Below are positions 20,583 through 29,686 of a stretch of DNA of 64,000 bases, in pieces. The stretch covers positions 576,001-640,000 of the forward strand of contig CAVRDX010000001.1 in assembly GCA_963719945.1 (NCBI GenBank). Reading direction: 5' to 3'. Numbering within the stretch: position 1 is the first letter of the stretch; the number at the start of each line of letters is the position of its first letter. The notes under the pieces were generated by a model. The model did not search any database. It was not told where the DNA came from and worked only from the letters and a program-made list of their open reading frames with translations. A program made the position numbers and the translations under genes. This stretch comes from an uncultured Thermoplasmata archaeon. Its GTDB lineage: Archaea; Thermoplasmatota; Thermoplasmata; UBA10834.

Positions 20583-21011
20583 ATGGCATCAGAAAAATTG
20601 AAGGAATTGTTGAATAAAGCTATTGCGAGAGAGATCCAGGTCTCCATCCAGTATATGTGGCAACATGTGCAATGGATGGGGGTCGATCACTTCGCAGTGA
20701 CAGACAACATCAAGCAAGTTGCGATTGCGGAGATGAAGCATGCGGAAAAAATTGCCGAGAGGTTGTGGTACCTCGGAGGTGTCCCTACGACGAAGCCCTC
20801 ACCGATAAGTGTCGGCGATGAGCTCTGGCAGATGATTGATTTCGACATAAAGGCCGAAGAAGAGGCGATTTCGCTTTACAAGGAGATTCAGAAGGTCGCC
20901 GAGGCGGAAGGAGACCCAACGACTCGATTCATCTTCGAGAGCATACTCGAAGATGAGGAGAACCATCACGACTTCTTCACATCGCTGAAGGAGAAGCCAA
21001 CGAAGAAGTGA
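20583..21011 (+). CDS. Ferritin-like (bacterioferritin/Dps-like) diiron protein
   Basis: AREIQ..QY; EMKHAEKIAER; AEEEAI; DEENH ferroxidase ligands; RBS AGGAGG. Confidence 0.9.
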   Translation: MASEKLKELLNKAIAREIQVSIQYMWQHVQWMGVDHFAVTDNIKQVAIAEMKHAEKIAERLWYLGGVPTTKPSPISVGDELWQMIDFDIKAEEEAISLYKEIQKVAEAEGDPTTRFIFESILEDEENHHDFFTSLKEKPTKK

Positions 21012-21031
21012 TTAAAAAGAAACGAAAGGAC

Positions 21032-21053
21032 CGAAGAGGCTCAAGCCTCTTCG
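21032..21053. terminator. Perfect 9-bp hairpin between the convergent ferritin and sdhB genes
   Basis: CGAAGAGGC-TCAA-GCCTCTTCG with an A-rich run on the left and a T-rich run on the right. Confidence 0.65.
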
Positions 21054-21075
21054 TTATTTCTTGGGTTTGAATTGC

Positions 21076-21813
21076 CTACTTCTTCAGCGCTCGCTTTCCG
21101 AACAACTTTCGCTTTACGGCCTTGATTTTCATCCTCTGTATGGCCTCTGTCGGGTTGAGCTTCTTCGGACATACCTCCACACAGTTGAACTGAGTGTGGC
21201 ATCTCCATACTCCGCTCTCGCTCTCGACGATGTCCATGCGCTGTTCGGGTATCGAATCACGCGTATCGACCAGGAACCTATACGACTTCAGCAACGCTGC
21301 AGGGCCCAGGTAATCGCTGTTTGTCCAGGCCATTGTACAAGAGCTCGTACAGGACCCGCACAAAATGCAGTCGATCGGCTCGTTTATAGGCGTCCGCTCC
21401 TTCGGCAACTGGATGAACTCCTTCTCAGGGTAGGGCTCCTTGCCCACCATGTAAGGTTTCACCTTCTTGATCCTGTCGAAGAAGTGCGTGTAGTCGACCG
21501 CTAGGTCCTTGACGACCTTCTGGTGCGGCAGAGGGCTGATCATAAGGTCACCCTTGCCCAGGAACTGGCTCATCTGGGTCTCACAGGCCAATCGTGTCTT
21601 CCCGCCTATGACCATGGCGCATGAACCACATACGCCTGCCCTGCAACAGAATCTGAAGCCCAATGTCCCGTCCTGATGGTTCAGGACCTCGAACAATGCA
21701 TCAAGTACCGTCATCCCTGGCTTGAGCTTCACATTGAAGGTCTGCCAGTAGGGCAGTTTGTCGGCCGCTGGGTCGAATCTCTGTACCTTTATCGAAATCT
21801 CTCCATCGGTCAT
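21076..21813 (-). CDS. sdhB: Succinate dehydrogenase/fumarate reductase Fe-S subunit
   Basis: CRAGVCGSC, CILCGSCTSSC, CHTQFNCVEVCP. Confidence 0.95.
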   Translation of the reverse strand: MTDGEISIKVQRFDPAADKLPYWQTFNVKLKPGMTVLDALFEVLNHQDGTLGFRFCCRAGVCGSCAMVIGGKTRLACETQMSQFLGKGDLMISPLPHQKVVKDLAVDYTHFFDRIKKVKPYMVGKEPYPEKEFIQLPKERTPINEPIDCILCGSCTSSCTMAWTNSDYLGPAALLKSYRFLVDTRDSIPEQRMDIVESESGVWRCHTQFNCVEVCPKKLNPTEAIQRMKIKAVKRKLFGKRALKK

Positions 21814-21814
21814 C

Positions 21815-23515
21815 TCAGTACCTCCTTGCCTCAGGCTTGTACTTGGTTATCTTGACCGGCGAGTAGCTGATCTCGATCCCCTTCGAGGTATATGTGGCAA
21901 TCGTGTGCCTCAGGAACTTCGCATCGTCCCTCTCCTTGAAGTCGAGCCTGGAGTGTGCACCCCTGCTCTCTTCCCTATTGAGAGCGCCAATGATAATGGC
22001 CTCTGCGACATCGAGCATCCCTTCCAGTTCGAATGCCCGGAAGAGATCCACGTTGTAGCTCTTGCCCTTGTTCTGCACGGTTATCCTCTGGTAGCGCTCC
22101 TTCAGCTCACGAATCTTCTTAAGCGCCTCCTCCATCGGAGCCTTGTCCCGATATATTCCGACCTGCTTAATCATCGTCTCCTTCATCTCTACCCTTATGT
22201 CAGCATGATTCTCGGGACCCGACCTTGCGAGGAGCGAATCTATCTTCGCTTTCGCCTCGCGGAGGCATTTGTTCATCGCGCCTTCGCCTTCCTTGAGCTT
22301 CGCCTTCGCGAGCACGTGCTCAACGGCCGCACGTCCAGACATCTTGCCGAAGACGACCGTATCCAGAAGCGAGTTTCCGCCGAGCCTGTTCGCGCCGTGG
22401 ACGCTCACGCAGCCGCATTCGCCGGCCGCGTATAGGCCTTTGAACTTTGTGGCCCCATGGACATCGGTGTCTATGCCGCCCATGGAATAGTGCTGCCCAG
22501 GCTGGATCGGAATCGGCTTCTCTATTGGATCCACATCCACGAAGTTTATGGCTAGGTCGCGGATGCCAGGAAGTCTCTCCAGAATCTTCTCTCTGCCGAG
22601 ATGCCGCAAATCGAGATGGACAAAGTCCTTGCCATCTATGCCTCTGCCCTCGTTGATCTCCGTCTGGATGGATCTGGACACGATATCTCGTGGAGCCAGC
22701 TCCATGGCCTTGGAAGCGTATTTGGACATGAACCGCTCTCCAAGGGAGTTCACCAGGTATCCGCCCTCCCCTCTCGCGCCCTCGGTCATCAGTATGTTGG
22801 TTCCGAAGAGCGATGTCGGGTGGAACTGAACGAATTCCATGTCCTTCAGGGGCACCCCGCGTCTGAAGCAGGTAGACTGCGCAGAACCGGTGGAGATCAA
22901 CGCATTGGTCGACCTGCCATATATCTGGCCGCTTCCGCCGCTTGCGATTATCACAGCCTCGGCCATGAACGGCTCGAGTTCCCCGGTCCTGAGGTTAAGG
23001 CATATGACTCCTCGGCAAGTGTCTCCATCCAGCACGAGGTCAACCATGACCCTATCCTCATAGAGCGGTATGTTCATCTTCACAGACACTTCCCAGAGCG
23101 TGTGCAGCATGAACATTCCAGTCTTATCGGCTGCGAAGCAGGTTCTAGGATATCCAGCCCCTCCGAAAGGCCTCTGAGCGATCTTTCCCTCATCGGTCCT
23201 CGAGAACGGGCAGCCCCAGTGCTCAATCTCGTATATGCAGGGGCCAGCCTCCTTTGTCATATATTCGACAGAGTCCTGGTCCGCGAGGTAATCGCTTCCC
23301 TTGATAGTGTCGAATGCGTGCTTCTCCCATGTGTCGTCCTTGGCTTCAGGGTTGTTCGCTAGAGGTGCGTTGACACCACCTTGCGCAGCCCCGGAGTGAG
23401 ATCTCACAGGGTGAACTTGCGATATGATCGCAGTATCCGCCTTGGGACCACACTCTATGGCTGCCCTGAGACCTGCCAAGCCGCCACCAATCACCAGTAT
23501 CTTGTGGTAGTGCAT
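21815..23515 (-). CDS. sdhA: Succinate dehydrogenase/fumarate reductase flavoprotein
   Basis: GGGLAG, RSHSGAAQGG (covalent-FAD His), QFHPT, TEGARGEG, HYSMGG, HGANRLGGNSL, ESRGAH. Confidence 0.96.
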   Translation of the reverse strand: MHYHKILVIGGGLAGLRAAIECGPKADTAIISQVHPVRSHSGAAQGGVNAPLANNPEAKDDTWEKHAFDTIKGSDYLADQDSVEYMTKEAGPCIYEIEHWGCPFSRTDEGKIAQRPFGGAGYPRTCFAADKTGMFMLHTLWEVSVKMNIPLYEDRVMVDLVLDGDTCRGVICLNLRTGELEPFMAEAVIIASGGSGQIYGRSTNALISTGSAQSTCFRRGVPLKDMEFVQFHPTSLFGTNILMTEGARGEGGYLVNSLGERFMSKYASKAMELAPRDIVSRSIQTEINEGRGIDGKDFVHLDLRHLGREKILERLPGIRDLAINFVDVDPIEKPIPIQPGQHYSMGGIDTDVHGATKFKGLYAAGECGCVSVHGANRLGGNSLLDTVVFGKMSGRAAVEHVLAKAKLKEGEGAMNKCLREAKAKIDSLLARSGPENHADIRVEMKETMIKQVGIYRDKAPMEEALKKIRELKERYQRITVQNKGKSYNVDLFRAFELEGMLDVAEAIIIGALNREESRGAHSRLDFKERDDAKFLRHTIATYTSKGIEISYSPVKITKYKPEARRY

Positions 23516-23528
23516 CTTGGAAACCTCC

Positions 23529-23924
23529 TTATCCAGTTATGAAGGGCCACAGGATGACGATTCCCCAGATCATAGTCGCTATACCCAAGACCCAGAGACC
23601 TACATCGACCAGTTTCCTTCTTCTGACGAACATGTCGAAATCAAGCATGACCGTCCTGAGACCATTCAGACCGTGGAGCAGCACCATCGACAGCATACCG
23701 TAGTCGACTACTATGTACAGCACCTGGTCCAGTCTGAGACTCACTTCCTCATATGAGAGCAGTGGCTCTTCCCCGGTCTCCTCACTGACGCCCATGAAAT
23801 GGGCGGCATACAAGTGTATTCCGAGGAATACTACCAGCAATATCGCAGACAGTCTCTGCAGGAACCATGCCCAAGTACCCGCCACCTTCGATGTCGCAAC
23901 TTTCTGTTCAGACATTTCAGGCAC
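23529..23924 (-). CDS. sdhD: Succinate dehydrogenase membrane anchor, small subunit
   Basis: WFLQRLSA; three TM helices; heme His residues in GIHL and LHGLNGLR. Confidence 0.85.
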   Translation of the reverse strand: MPEMSEQKVATSKVAGTWAWFLQRLSAILLVVFLGIHLYAAHFMGVSEETGEEPLLSYEEVSLRLDQVLYIVVDYGMLSMVLLHGLNGLRTVMLDFDMFVRRRKLVDVGLWVLGIATMIWGIVILWPFITG

Positions 23925-24333
23925 CTCCGCCAGGGAATATCAAGTGCCAAATAGCCAGCAAACCACCGACAACGAGCACTGCGGAGACAGCCATGGCCAC
24001 CCAGAAGACCAACTTCTGGCGCCTGATGCCCACTCCCAAGTCGAAGAGTACGACCCGGAATCCATTCATAGCGTGGTATATGACCACAATGACGAGCAGG
24101 AAGTCCATAGCGACGAACAACGGTTGAGAGGTGGTCGCCATAAGTGAATCGAAGCTCGACCCGTCCTCTCCCATAGATGCTGTGGATATGAACGACAGGT
24201 GCAAGAACACATATGCCACGAGAGCCAATCCCGTCAGTCTGTGTCCGACCCATGCCCACATCCCAGTCTTCATGTTCGTCGGCCAGAACTCAGAGTTCCT
24301 GCCGAACAACCATTTGAAGCTGCTTACTTTCAT
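23917..24333 (-). CDS. sdhC: Succinate dehydrogenase cytochrome b subunit
   Basis: WVGHRLTG, FLHL, YHAMNGFRVVLFD; three TM helices. Confidence 0.9.
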   Translation of the reverse strand: MKVSSFKWLFGRNSEFWPTNMKTGMWAWVGHRLTGLALVAYVFLHLSFISTASMGEDGSSFDSLMATTSQPLFVAMDFLLVIVVIYHAMNGFRVVLFDLGVGIRRQKLVFWVAMAVSAVLVVGGLLAIWHLIFPGGGA

Positions 24334-24371
24334 TCAAACACCTTGCCCAAACTCCATATTCGATCTTGCTT

Positions 24372-24425
24372 TGCGGGACTGGCAGGCTTGGAACCTGCGA
24401 GCAGACTTTCATCTGCTGAGTCCCC
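24372..24425 (-). ncRNA. tRNA-like structured leader element upstream of sdhC
   Basis: GGGGACTC AGCAGAT-GAAA-GTCTGCT C GCAGG-TTCCAAG-CCTGC CAGTCCCGCA: three stems, a GNRA loop and a 5-bp/7-nt T-arm-like hairpin. TATA-like TTAAGTAT starts about 30 nt upstream. Confidence 0.6.
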
Positions 24426-24672
24426 GGTTCGCCTAGACCAGCAAGAATATACTTAAGAGTATCTAATCGAACAAAATATGAGCGACTTTCATACGCCACG
24501 CTTCAATTTCCTCTGCAATATCGTCAAATAGATTACGAATTTCGTCTATTCTTGTCGAGGATTGTTCAGATAGAGCAGATGATGTTGAGCGCATGCAGAA
24601 TCCGGAACCGATGGCGCTGTATTGACCCGAACAAACGAACAATGTCAAGTATATGCATGGAGATACTGGTAC

Positions 24673-24840
24673 ATGGCAGAGATGGCCAAGTATCAATGCA
24701 GCGTTTGTGGATACATATACGACCCTGAACAGGGTGACCCAACCCAATCAATCGCGCCAGGAACTCCATTCGAAGATCTGCCCGAAGATTGGACATGCCC
24801 GGAGTGCGGTGTCACAAAGGATGAGTTCGTGCAACTGTGA
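24673..24840 (+). CDS. Rubredoxin
   Basis: [12 protein letters not shown]...[15 protein letters not shown]. Confidence 0.95.
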   Translation: MAEMAKYQCSVCGYIYDPEQGDPTQSIAPGTPFEDLPEDWTCPECGVTKDEFVQL

Positions 24841-24887
24841 GAGCATTTGACCCCAGTTACAATCCACTAAGAACCAGAGGTTGAGAG

Positions 24888-25931
24888 ATGATTCTACGCT
24901 TGGCGATAATCGGATTCGGAAACGTCGGTCAGGAATTCGCGAGGATGCTCCTTGACAAGAGGGACTGGCTCCTCAAGACTAAGGGGTTAGATGTGGAAAT
25001 CGTTGCGATATCCACGCGCAGCAGGGGATCCCTGATATCAGACAGAGGATTGGACCTTGAGCGAATCCTCGATCTGCTCGCCAAAGGGAAATCACTCGAT
25101 GAGTATGGTGAAGAGGCTACAGAATGCACGGCAAGGCAGATCATCGATCGCACAATCGCCGACATGATGGTCGAGCTGACGGCCCTTAATGTCGAGGACG
25201 GGCAACCTGCGACGGATCACATCGCCCATGCTCTGTCAGAGGGCATGGATGTCGTAACAGCGAACAAAGGACCGATAGCATTCGCATATAGGGACCTCAG
25301 AACCCTAGCAAGGTCAAGGGGAGCGAGATTCAGATTTGAGGGCACCGTCATGGATGGGACTCCGATATTCAGCCTCATGGAGAAGACTCTGCCCGGATGC
25401 GAAGTAATGGAGATGCGAGGCATACTGAACAGCACCTCGAATTACGTCCTCACTGCGATGGCTAATGGACGGAGTATGAAAGATGCAGTTATGGAAGCTC
25501 AGGCCAAAGGGATCGCCGAAGCTGATCCTAAGCTCGATCTGGAAGGGTGGGATGCTGCTGCAAAGATAACCGCACTCGCCAATGTGCTCATGGATGCACG
25601 CATGACCCCTCGAGATGTCGACCGGATGGGCATAAATGACATCGCATCGGAAATCATGAATGAGGCAGCCAAACAGGGCAATCGGGTTAGACTCGTTGCG
25701 AGCGCTTCGAGGAATGGCGATAGAGTCGAGCTGCGAGTGAGACCTGAGTCGGTTTCGTCGGATAGCCCGTTTTGGTCCGTGAACGGGACTTCGAGTGCGA
25801 TCACGATAAGAACTGACCTAATGGGAGAATTGACCATCCTCGAGACGAATCCCGAACTGACTCAGACGGCCTATGCCGTGTTCTCGGACATGATTCATGT
25901 CGTCGAATCTATAAGATCCGGAACCCTATGA
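24888..25931 (+). CDS. hom: Homoserine dehydrogenase
   Basis: IIGFGNVG, VVTANKGP, EGTVMDGTP, GILNSTSN, AEADP..DLEGWDAAAK. Confidence 0.92.
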   Translation: MILRLAIIGFGNVGQEFARMLLDKRDWLLKTKGLDVEIVAISTRSRGSLISDRGLDLERILDLLAKGKSLDEYGEEATECTARQIIDRTIADMMVELTALNVEDGQPATDHIAHALSEGMDVVTANKGPIAFAYRDLRTLARSRGARFRFEGTVMDGTPIFSLMEKTLPGCEVMEMRGILNSTSNYVLTAMANGRSMKDAVMEAQAKGIAEADPKLDLEGWDAAAKITALANVLMDARMTPRDVDRMGINDIASEIMNEAAKQGNRVRLVASASRNGDRVELRVRPESVSSDSPFWSVNGTSSAITIRTDLMGELTILETNPELTQTAYAVFSDMIHVVESIRSGTL

Positions 25932-25938
25932 TCATCCT

Positions 25939-26469
25939 CTACTCGACCTCGAGACTGAATTCCTGGCCATCATAGTAGAATCCGGACCCGGAACGGCTAT
26001 CAAACTCCGCTTTGAGAATCAGAAGATGACCGGCTTCCTCGCCCACAAGCCAGTCGAATATCTCACGCGCCTTCGGATCGTCAACCTTCGATCCAGCATC
26101 GCGATAGTAGTCGATCGATCTCTTCTCAACATCAATGCCAAGGTTGATGACCTCTAATTCACCAACATTTGGGTCCAGCCCCTTGAAAGGTATCCCCTTA
26201 TCTCCGAAGACGGAGATGCGCGGGTATCCTTCCGGAGCGGATTTCGCGGCCTCAAGGGTCGACCATTCCAGACCGTTCTCGATCCTGTGCAATTCATGTC
26301 CGATGACCTGCACATGGCGCATCTCCTGTTTGACCAGACTAAGGAACATCTCCTTCGCACGAGGATGCTTCATCCTTTCGGATGCATTCTCGAAAAGCCT
26401 CTGCCCTTCAAGCTCCATTTCGATTGCTGTTCGCAGGATATTCGCTGCCATCGATTGACCCTCAACCAT
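25939..26469 (-). CDS. Rubrerythrin-type ferritin-like protein
   Basis: AIEMELEG..., QEMRH, EKRSIDYY, EEAGH; start reassigned to MVEGQS. Confidence 0.85.
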   Translation of the reverse strand: MVEGQSMAANILRTAIEMELEGQRLFENASERMKHPRAKEMFLSLVKQEMRHVQVIGHELHRIENGLEWSTLEAAKSAPEGYPRISVFGDKGIPFKGLDPNVGELEVINLGIDVEKRSIDYYRDAGSKVDDPKAREIFDWLVGEEAGHLLILKAEFDSRSGSGFYYDGQEFSLEVE

Positions 26470-26589
26470 GCTCCAGCCACCGATACCAGATTCCCATCGG
26501 AAGCCCATATTACTTTCCACGAACTTCGGAATATCAAAAAGTTGATGAATGGAAAGATTAGAGTAGTGGATTCCTACTCTGCCCCTTTC

Positions 26590-27015
26590 ATGACAGACGC
26601 CCCATGGATCAGCACCTTTGTTGCCCTTGCGTTGATTCCAGTGGCAATACTGTTCACGCATGCATATATCTCAGGTCGCAAGAACCTGCCATATCATAGA
26701 TGGACAGGAATGATTGGAATATTGTGGGATCTGACACTCTCAATATTCTACATGGCTTACAGGAGTTTTGGTGGAGAGATCGAAGGCAGCAAGCTGGATA
26801 TCGAGGGGCTGATGATCGCTTACTTCGCGATTCATGGCATCATAGCGATCATCGTCATAGGACTCGAGATTGCAATGCTCATCACAGGAGTCTACTCGCG
26901 GAGAAAGGTCAAGTTCAATGCATTGCACACGAAGCTCTCACCATATCTCTACATCGTATGGTTCATGGCGTTCCTTTCAGGGGAAGCGGTGTATGTCGCA
27001 TACTATGTACTATGA
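26590..27015 (+). CDS. DUF420-like membrane protein
   Basis: Four TM helices with conserved His (YHR, AIHG, LHTK); start reassigned to MTDAPW. Confidence 0.65.
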   Translation: MTDAPWISTFVALALIPVAILFTHAYISGRKNLPYHRWTGMIGILWDLTLSIFYMAYRSFGGEIEGSKLDIEGLMIAYFAIHGIIAIIVIGLEIAMLITGVYSRRKVKFNALHTKLSPYLYIVWFMAFLSGEAVYVAYYVL

Positions 27016-27020
27016 CTACC

Positions 27021-27803
27021 TCACTGCGCCGTGAGGCCGCCGTCCACTGACAATGCTGCTCCGGTCACGAATGAGGAATCATCAGAAGCCAGGAATAGAA
27101 CCGCCCTCGCCACCTCATCAGCTCGACCGACGCGCCCTATGGGATGTTCCTCGTTCATCCGCTTCAGATAGACCTTCGGTTCCCCCGATGCCTTTGCCTC
27201 GTATGCTAGCATGGGAGTATCAATCGTGCCAGGATTAACAGAATTGACGCGGATATTGTGTTGGGCATAGTCAAGGGCCATCGCTTTCGTCATGATTGTC
27301 ACACCACCCTTCGAAGCGCAGTATGCAGGGCAATTACGATTGCCTACGAGACCTGCATCTGATGAATTGTTGACAATGACCCCTCCGCCGTTCCTCTTCA
27401 TGTATGGCACTGCATATTTCACCATGAGGAATACGCCCTTCAAATTCGTATCAATCACCCGATCCCACTCGAGCTCGGTCGTATCCTCCGCAAGCTTCTC
27501 GATGTACACCCCAGCGTTATTGAAGAGAATGTCGATGTGACCATACCTTGTAGCCGTCGCCTTCACGATCCTACGCGCATCACTGCTCTTGGACACATCA
27601 CCTTTCAGGAAGATCACATCACCAAGATTCTTCAGATCATTGATTGCTCTGTCCCCCTTCCGCTTCGAACGACCAGTGATTGCGACTCGAGCACCTTCTT
27701 GAAGAAACAGTCTCGCGGTCGCATAACCTATCCCTTCAGAACCACCAGTTATGAGCGCGACTCTCTCAGCCAGCTTCATCATACTCATATGATGAACCGG
27801 CAA
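27021..27803 (-). CDS. SDR family oxidoreductase (paralog of 19232..20005)
   Basis: TGGSEGIG, NNAG, YCASKG, DGG. Confidence 0.93.
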   Translation of the reverse strand: MPVHHMSMMKLAERVALITGGSEGIGYATARLFLQEGARVAITGRSKRKGDRAINDLKNLGDVIFLKGDVSKSSDARRIVKATATRYGHIDILFNNAGVYIEKLAEDTTELEWDRVIDTNLKGVFLMVKYAVPYMKRNGGGVIVNNSSDAGLVGNRNCPAYCASKGGVTIMTKAMALDYAQHNIRVNSVNPGTIDTPMLAYEAKASGEPKVYLKRMNEEHPIGRVGRADEVARAVLFLASDDSSFVTGAALSVDGGLTAQ

Positions 27804-27852
27804 GCTACAAAATAAACGTTCTGGAATCAGGATCTAAAATCATCTAGGCGGC

Positions 27853-29178
27853 TCACTTCGCAGATGTCATGGGCAGCGCCACTCGGAAAATGCACCCCTT
27901 GGAATGGTTTCCCGGGACCCTGTCTTCGACCCAGACCATGCCATGATAGGCTTCGACAATCGCTCTGACGATCGATAGGCCTAGGCCGCTAGCAGGCTGG
28001 CTGTCCTCTTCGCGATTGAACCTTCCGAAGACCAGGTTCTTCTTCGAATCTGGTATTCCGATGCCGTTATCTGCAATCGAAACGCACCAGTATCTCCTAT
28101 AATCTACGAAGAATTCGCCTATGCTGACTTCCACTTTCAAATTCTCATGCGGATCGTATTCGACAGCATTGCGTAATAAGTTCACGAATATCTCTTTCGC
28201 GAGCTCGTTGCCTTGAACAAAATATCTATGATTGCCAAGGGCGAGGTCGATCGTGACCTTAGATTCGAATGGTTCACGGAGAATTTCTGCTGAGCTCTCC
28301 TTCAAAACCTCACCGAGCTCGACAGGGCCCATGTTATTTGCGCCTTCCTCTTCTATCCGAGTGAGCTTGCTCGCTCTCTGGATAAGCTCACTGATGGACC
28401 ACGCAGATGAGGAAGCACGGTCGAGATATTTCCTTGTGCGGTCAGGGATGGATTCCTCGTTCAGTGCCATCGCCATGTAGCTGGTCACTGCTTGGTTGAA
28501 ATTGTTGATATCATGAGCGATTATGTCTGCCAGGAACCTGGATCGCTTGGCGATCTCCACCTGTTCCTGGAACATCTTGGCATTCTCGATGGCAACTCCT
28601 GCGAGCTGTGAGAATATCTGCATTGCCTCAAGGGTCTCTTTATCGAAGATATTCTTTGACAATGGCTCGACGATCTCGATGTACCCCTTGGGTGAGCTTT
28701 CCTTGTCGGTGAACACCAGTTTGAGATAATCCAGTTCGTGCCATTCATCCGAATTAGTCCTTGGCTTGGTGATATCCTGGATATTGAAGTAGAATGGTTC
28801 GTCGGATTTTACGAATTCCTCGGGGCCAGGCTGGACGAAATAGACACCGTCGAGTATCCTGTACTTCTCATCCAAATCCTTCCTCATCCTTTCGAGGCTG
28901 TGAGTGATCTTCTTTATCTTCTCGACCTTTGCATCATCATAACCATGAGTCGCCCTAATTCTGAAGACTTGCTCATTTTCATCCAGTACTGATATGAACA
29001 ACGCCCGGATTGAGAATAGATCTGCAACAGTTGATGCAATTTTCTGAAGGACGGAATCGAGATGCTCAACAGACATGACGTCGGAAACTACGCTAAGCAT
29101 CTCCCCTGCAAATCTAGGGGGAGTTGACCCGCGCTTCACCACGGGCTTACGCTTGACCTTATCAGTATTCCCCATCAC
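27853..29178 (-). CDS. GAF histidine kinase
   Basis: H-box IIAHDINN; NLLRNAVEY; ADNGIGI; SGLGL. Confidence 0.9.
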   Translation of the reverse strand: MMGNTDKVKRKPVVKRGSTPPRFAGEMLSVVSDVMSVEHLDSVLQKIASTVADLFSIRALFISVLDENEQVFRIRATHGYDDAKVEKIKKITHSLERMRKDLDEKYRILDGVYFVQPGPEEFVKSDEPFYFNIQDITKPRTNSDEWHELDYLKLVFTDKESSPKGYIEIVEPLSKNIFDKETLEAMQIFSQLAGVAIENAKMFQEQVEIAKRSRFLADIIAHDINNFNQAVTSYMAMALNEESIPDRTRKYLDRASSSAWSISELIQRASKLTRIEEEGANNMGPVELGEVLKESSAEILREPFESKVTIDLALGNHRYFVQGNELAKEIFVNLLRNAVEYDPHENLKVEVSIGEFFVDYRRYWCVSIADNGIGIPDSKKNLVFGRFNREEDSQPASGLGLSIVRAIVEAYHGMVWVEDRVPGNHSKGCIFRVALPMTSAK

Positions 29179-29392
29179 GCATCCCCAGACGGTCCCTTAG
29201 GCCATATTGAGTGAAACACTCCCGCCTATTATAACTTTCGTGAAGGGCTTGGCAATTTTCTAACACCATTGACACGATTTCTATTCACTCTGGCACGAGC
29301 GACGAATCAATCACGGGACAAGCTTCTGTGCATCGATTTGGAGTACAAACAACCTAAATATTCGTACAAAGATTCACGCCAGGAGAGGGATC

Positions 29393-29653
29393 ATGGCCGA
29401 AGAGATTGAAATCGGAAGAGTGACAATATTCTTCGCCAAGCCCAGCGTGGCTGCGGTGGAGATCACTTCCGGCAGCCTTTCGCTCGGTGAAGTGATTCGT
29501 ATAAAGGGTTCGACCACCGATTTTGAGCAGAAGGTCGAGTCCATGGAAATCGAACGAAAACCTGTCACGATTGTGAGTGTGGGTCAATCAGCGGGGATAA
29601 AGGTCAAAGACCGCGTGAGACCTCATGACAAGATTTTCAAGTTGAAGGTGTAG
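29393..29653 (+). CDS. Small EF-Tu domain II-like beta-barrel protein
   Basis: IGRVTIFFAKPSVAAV...IKGSTTDFEQKVESMEI...GQSAGIKVKDRVRPHD. Confidence 0.82.
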   Translation: MAEEIEIGRVTIFFAKPSVAAVEITSGSLSLGEVIRIKGSTTDFEQKVESMEIERKPVTIVSVGQSAGIKVKDRVRPHDKIFKLKV

Positions 29654-29686
29654 CTATAAGTGCAGAGAAATGAGATTCCCTGAGGC

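Noticed and set aside
24372-24425. Canonical, pyrrolysine or selenocysteine tRNA gene
   Set aside because: Only 54 nt, with no D-arm and no 7-nt anticodon loop.
24364-24436. c-di-GMP-I (GEMM) riboswitch resemblance (GGCGAACC...GAAA...CGCAAAGC)
   Set aside because: It lacks the GG partner for CC and the downstream P3 stem; the tRNA-like fold explains the pairing better.
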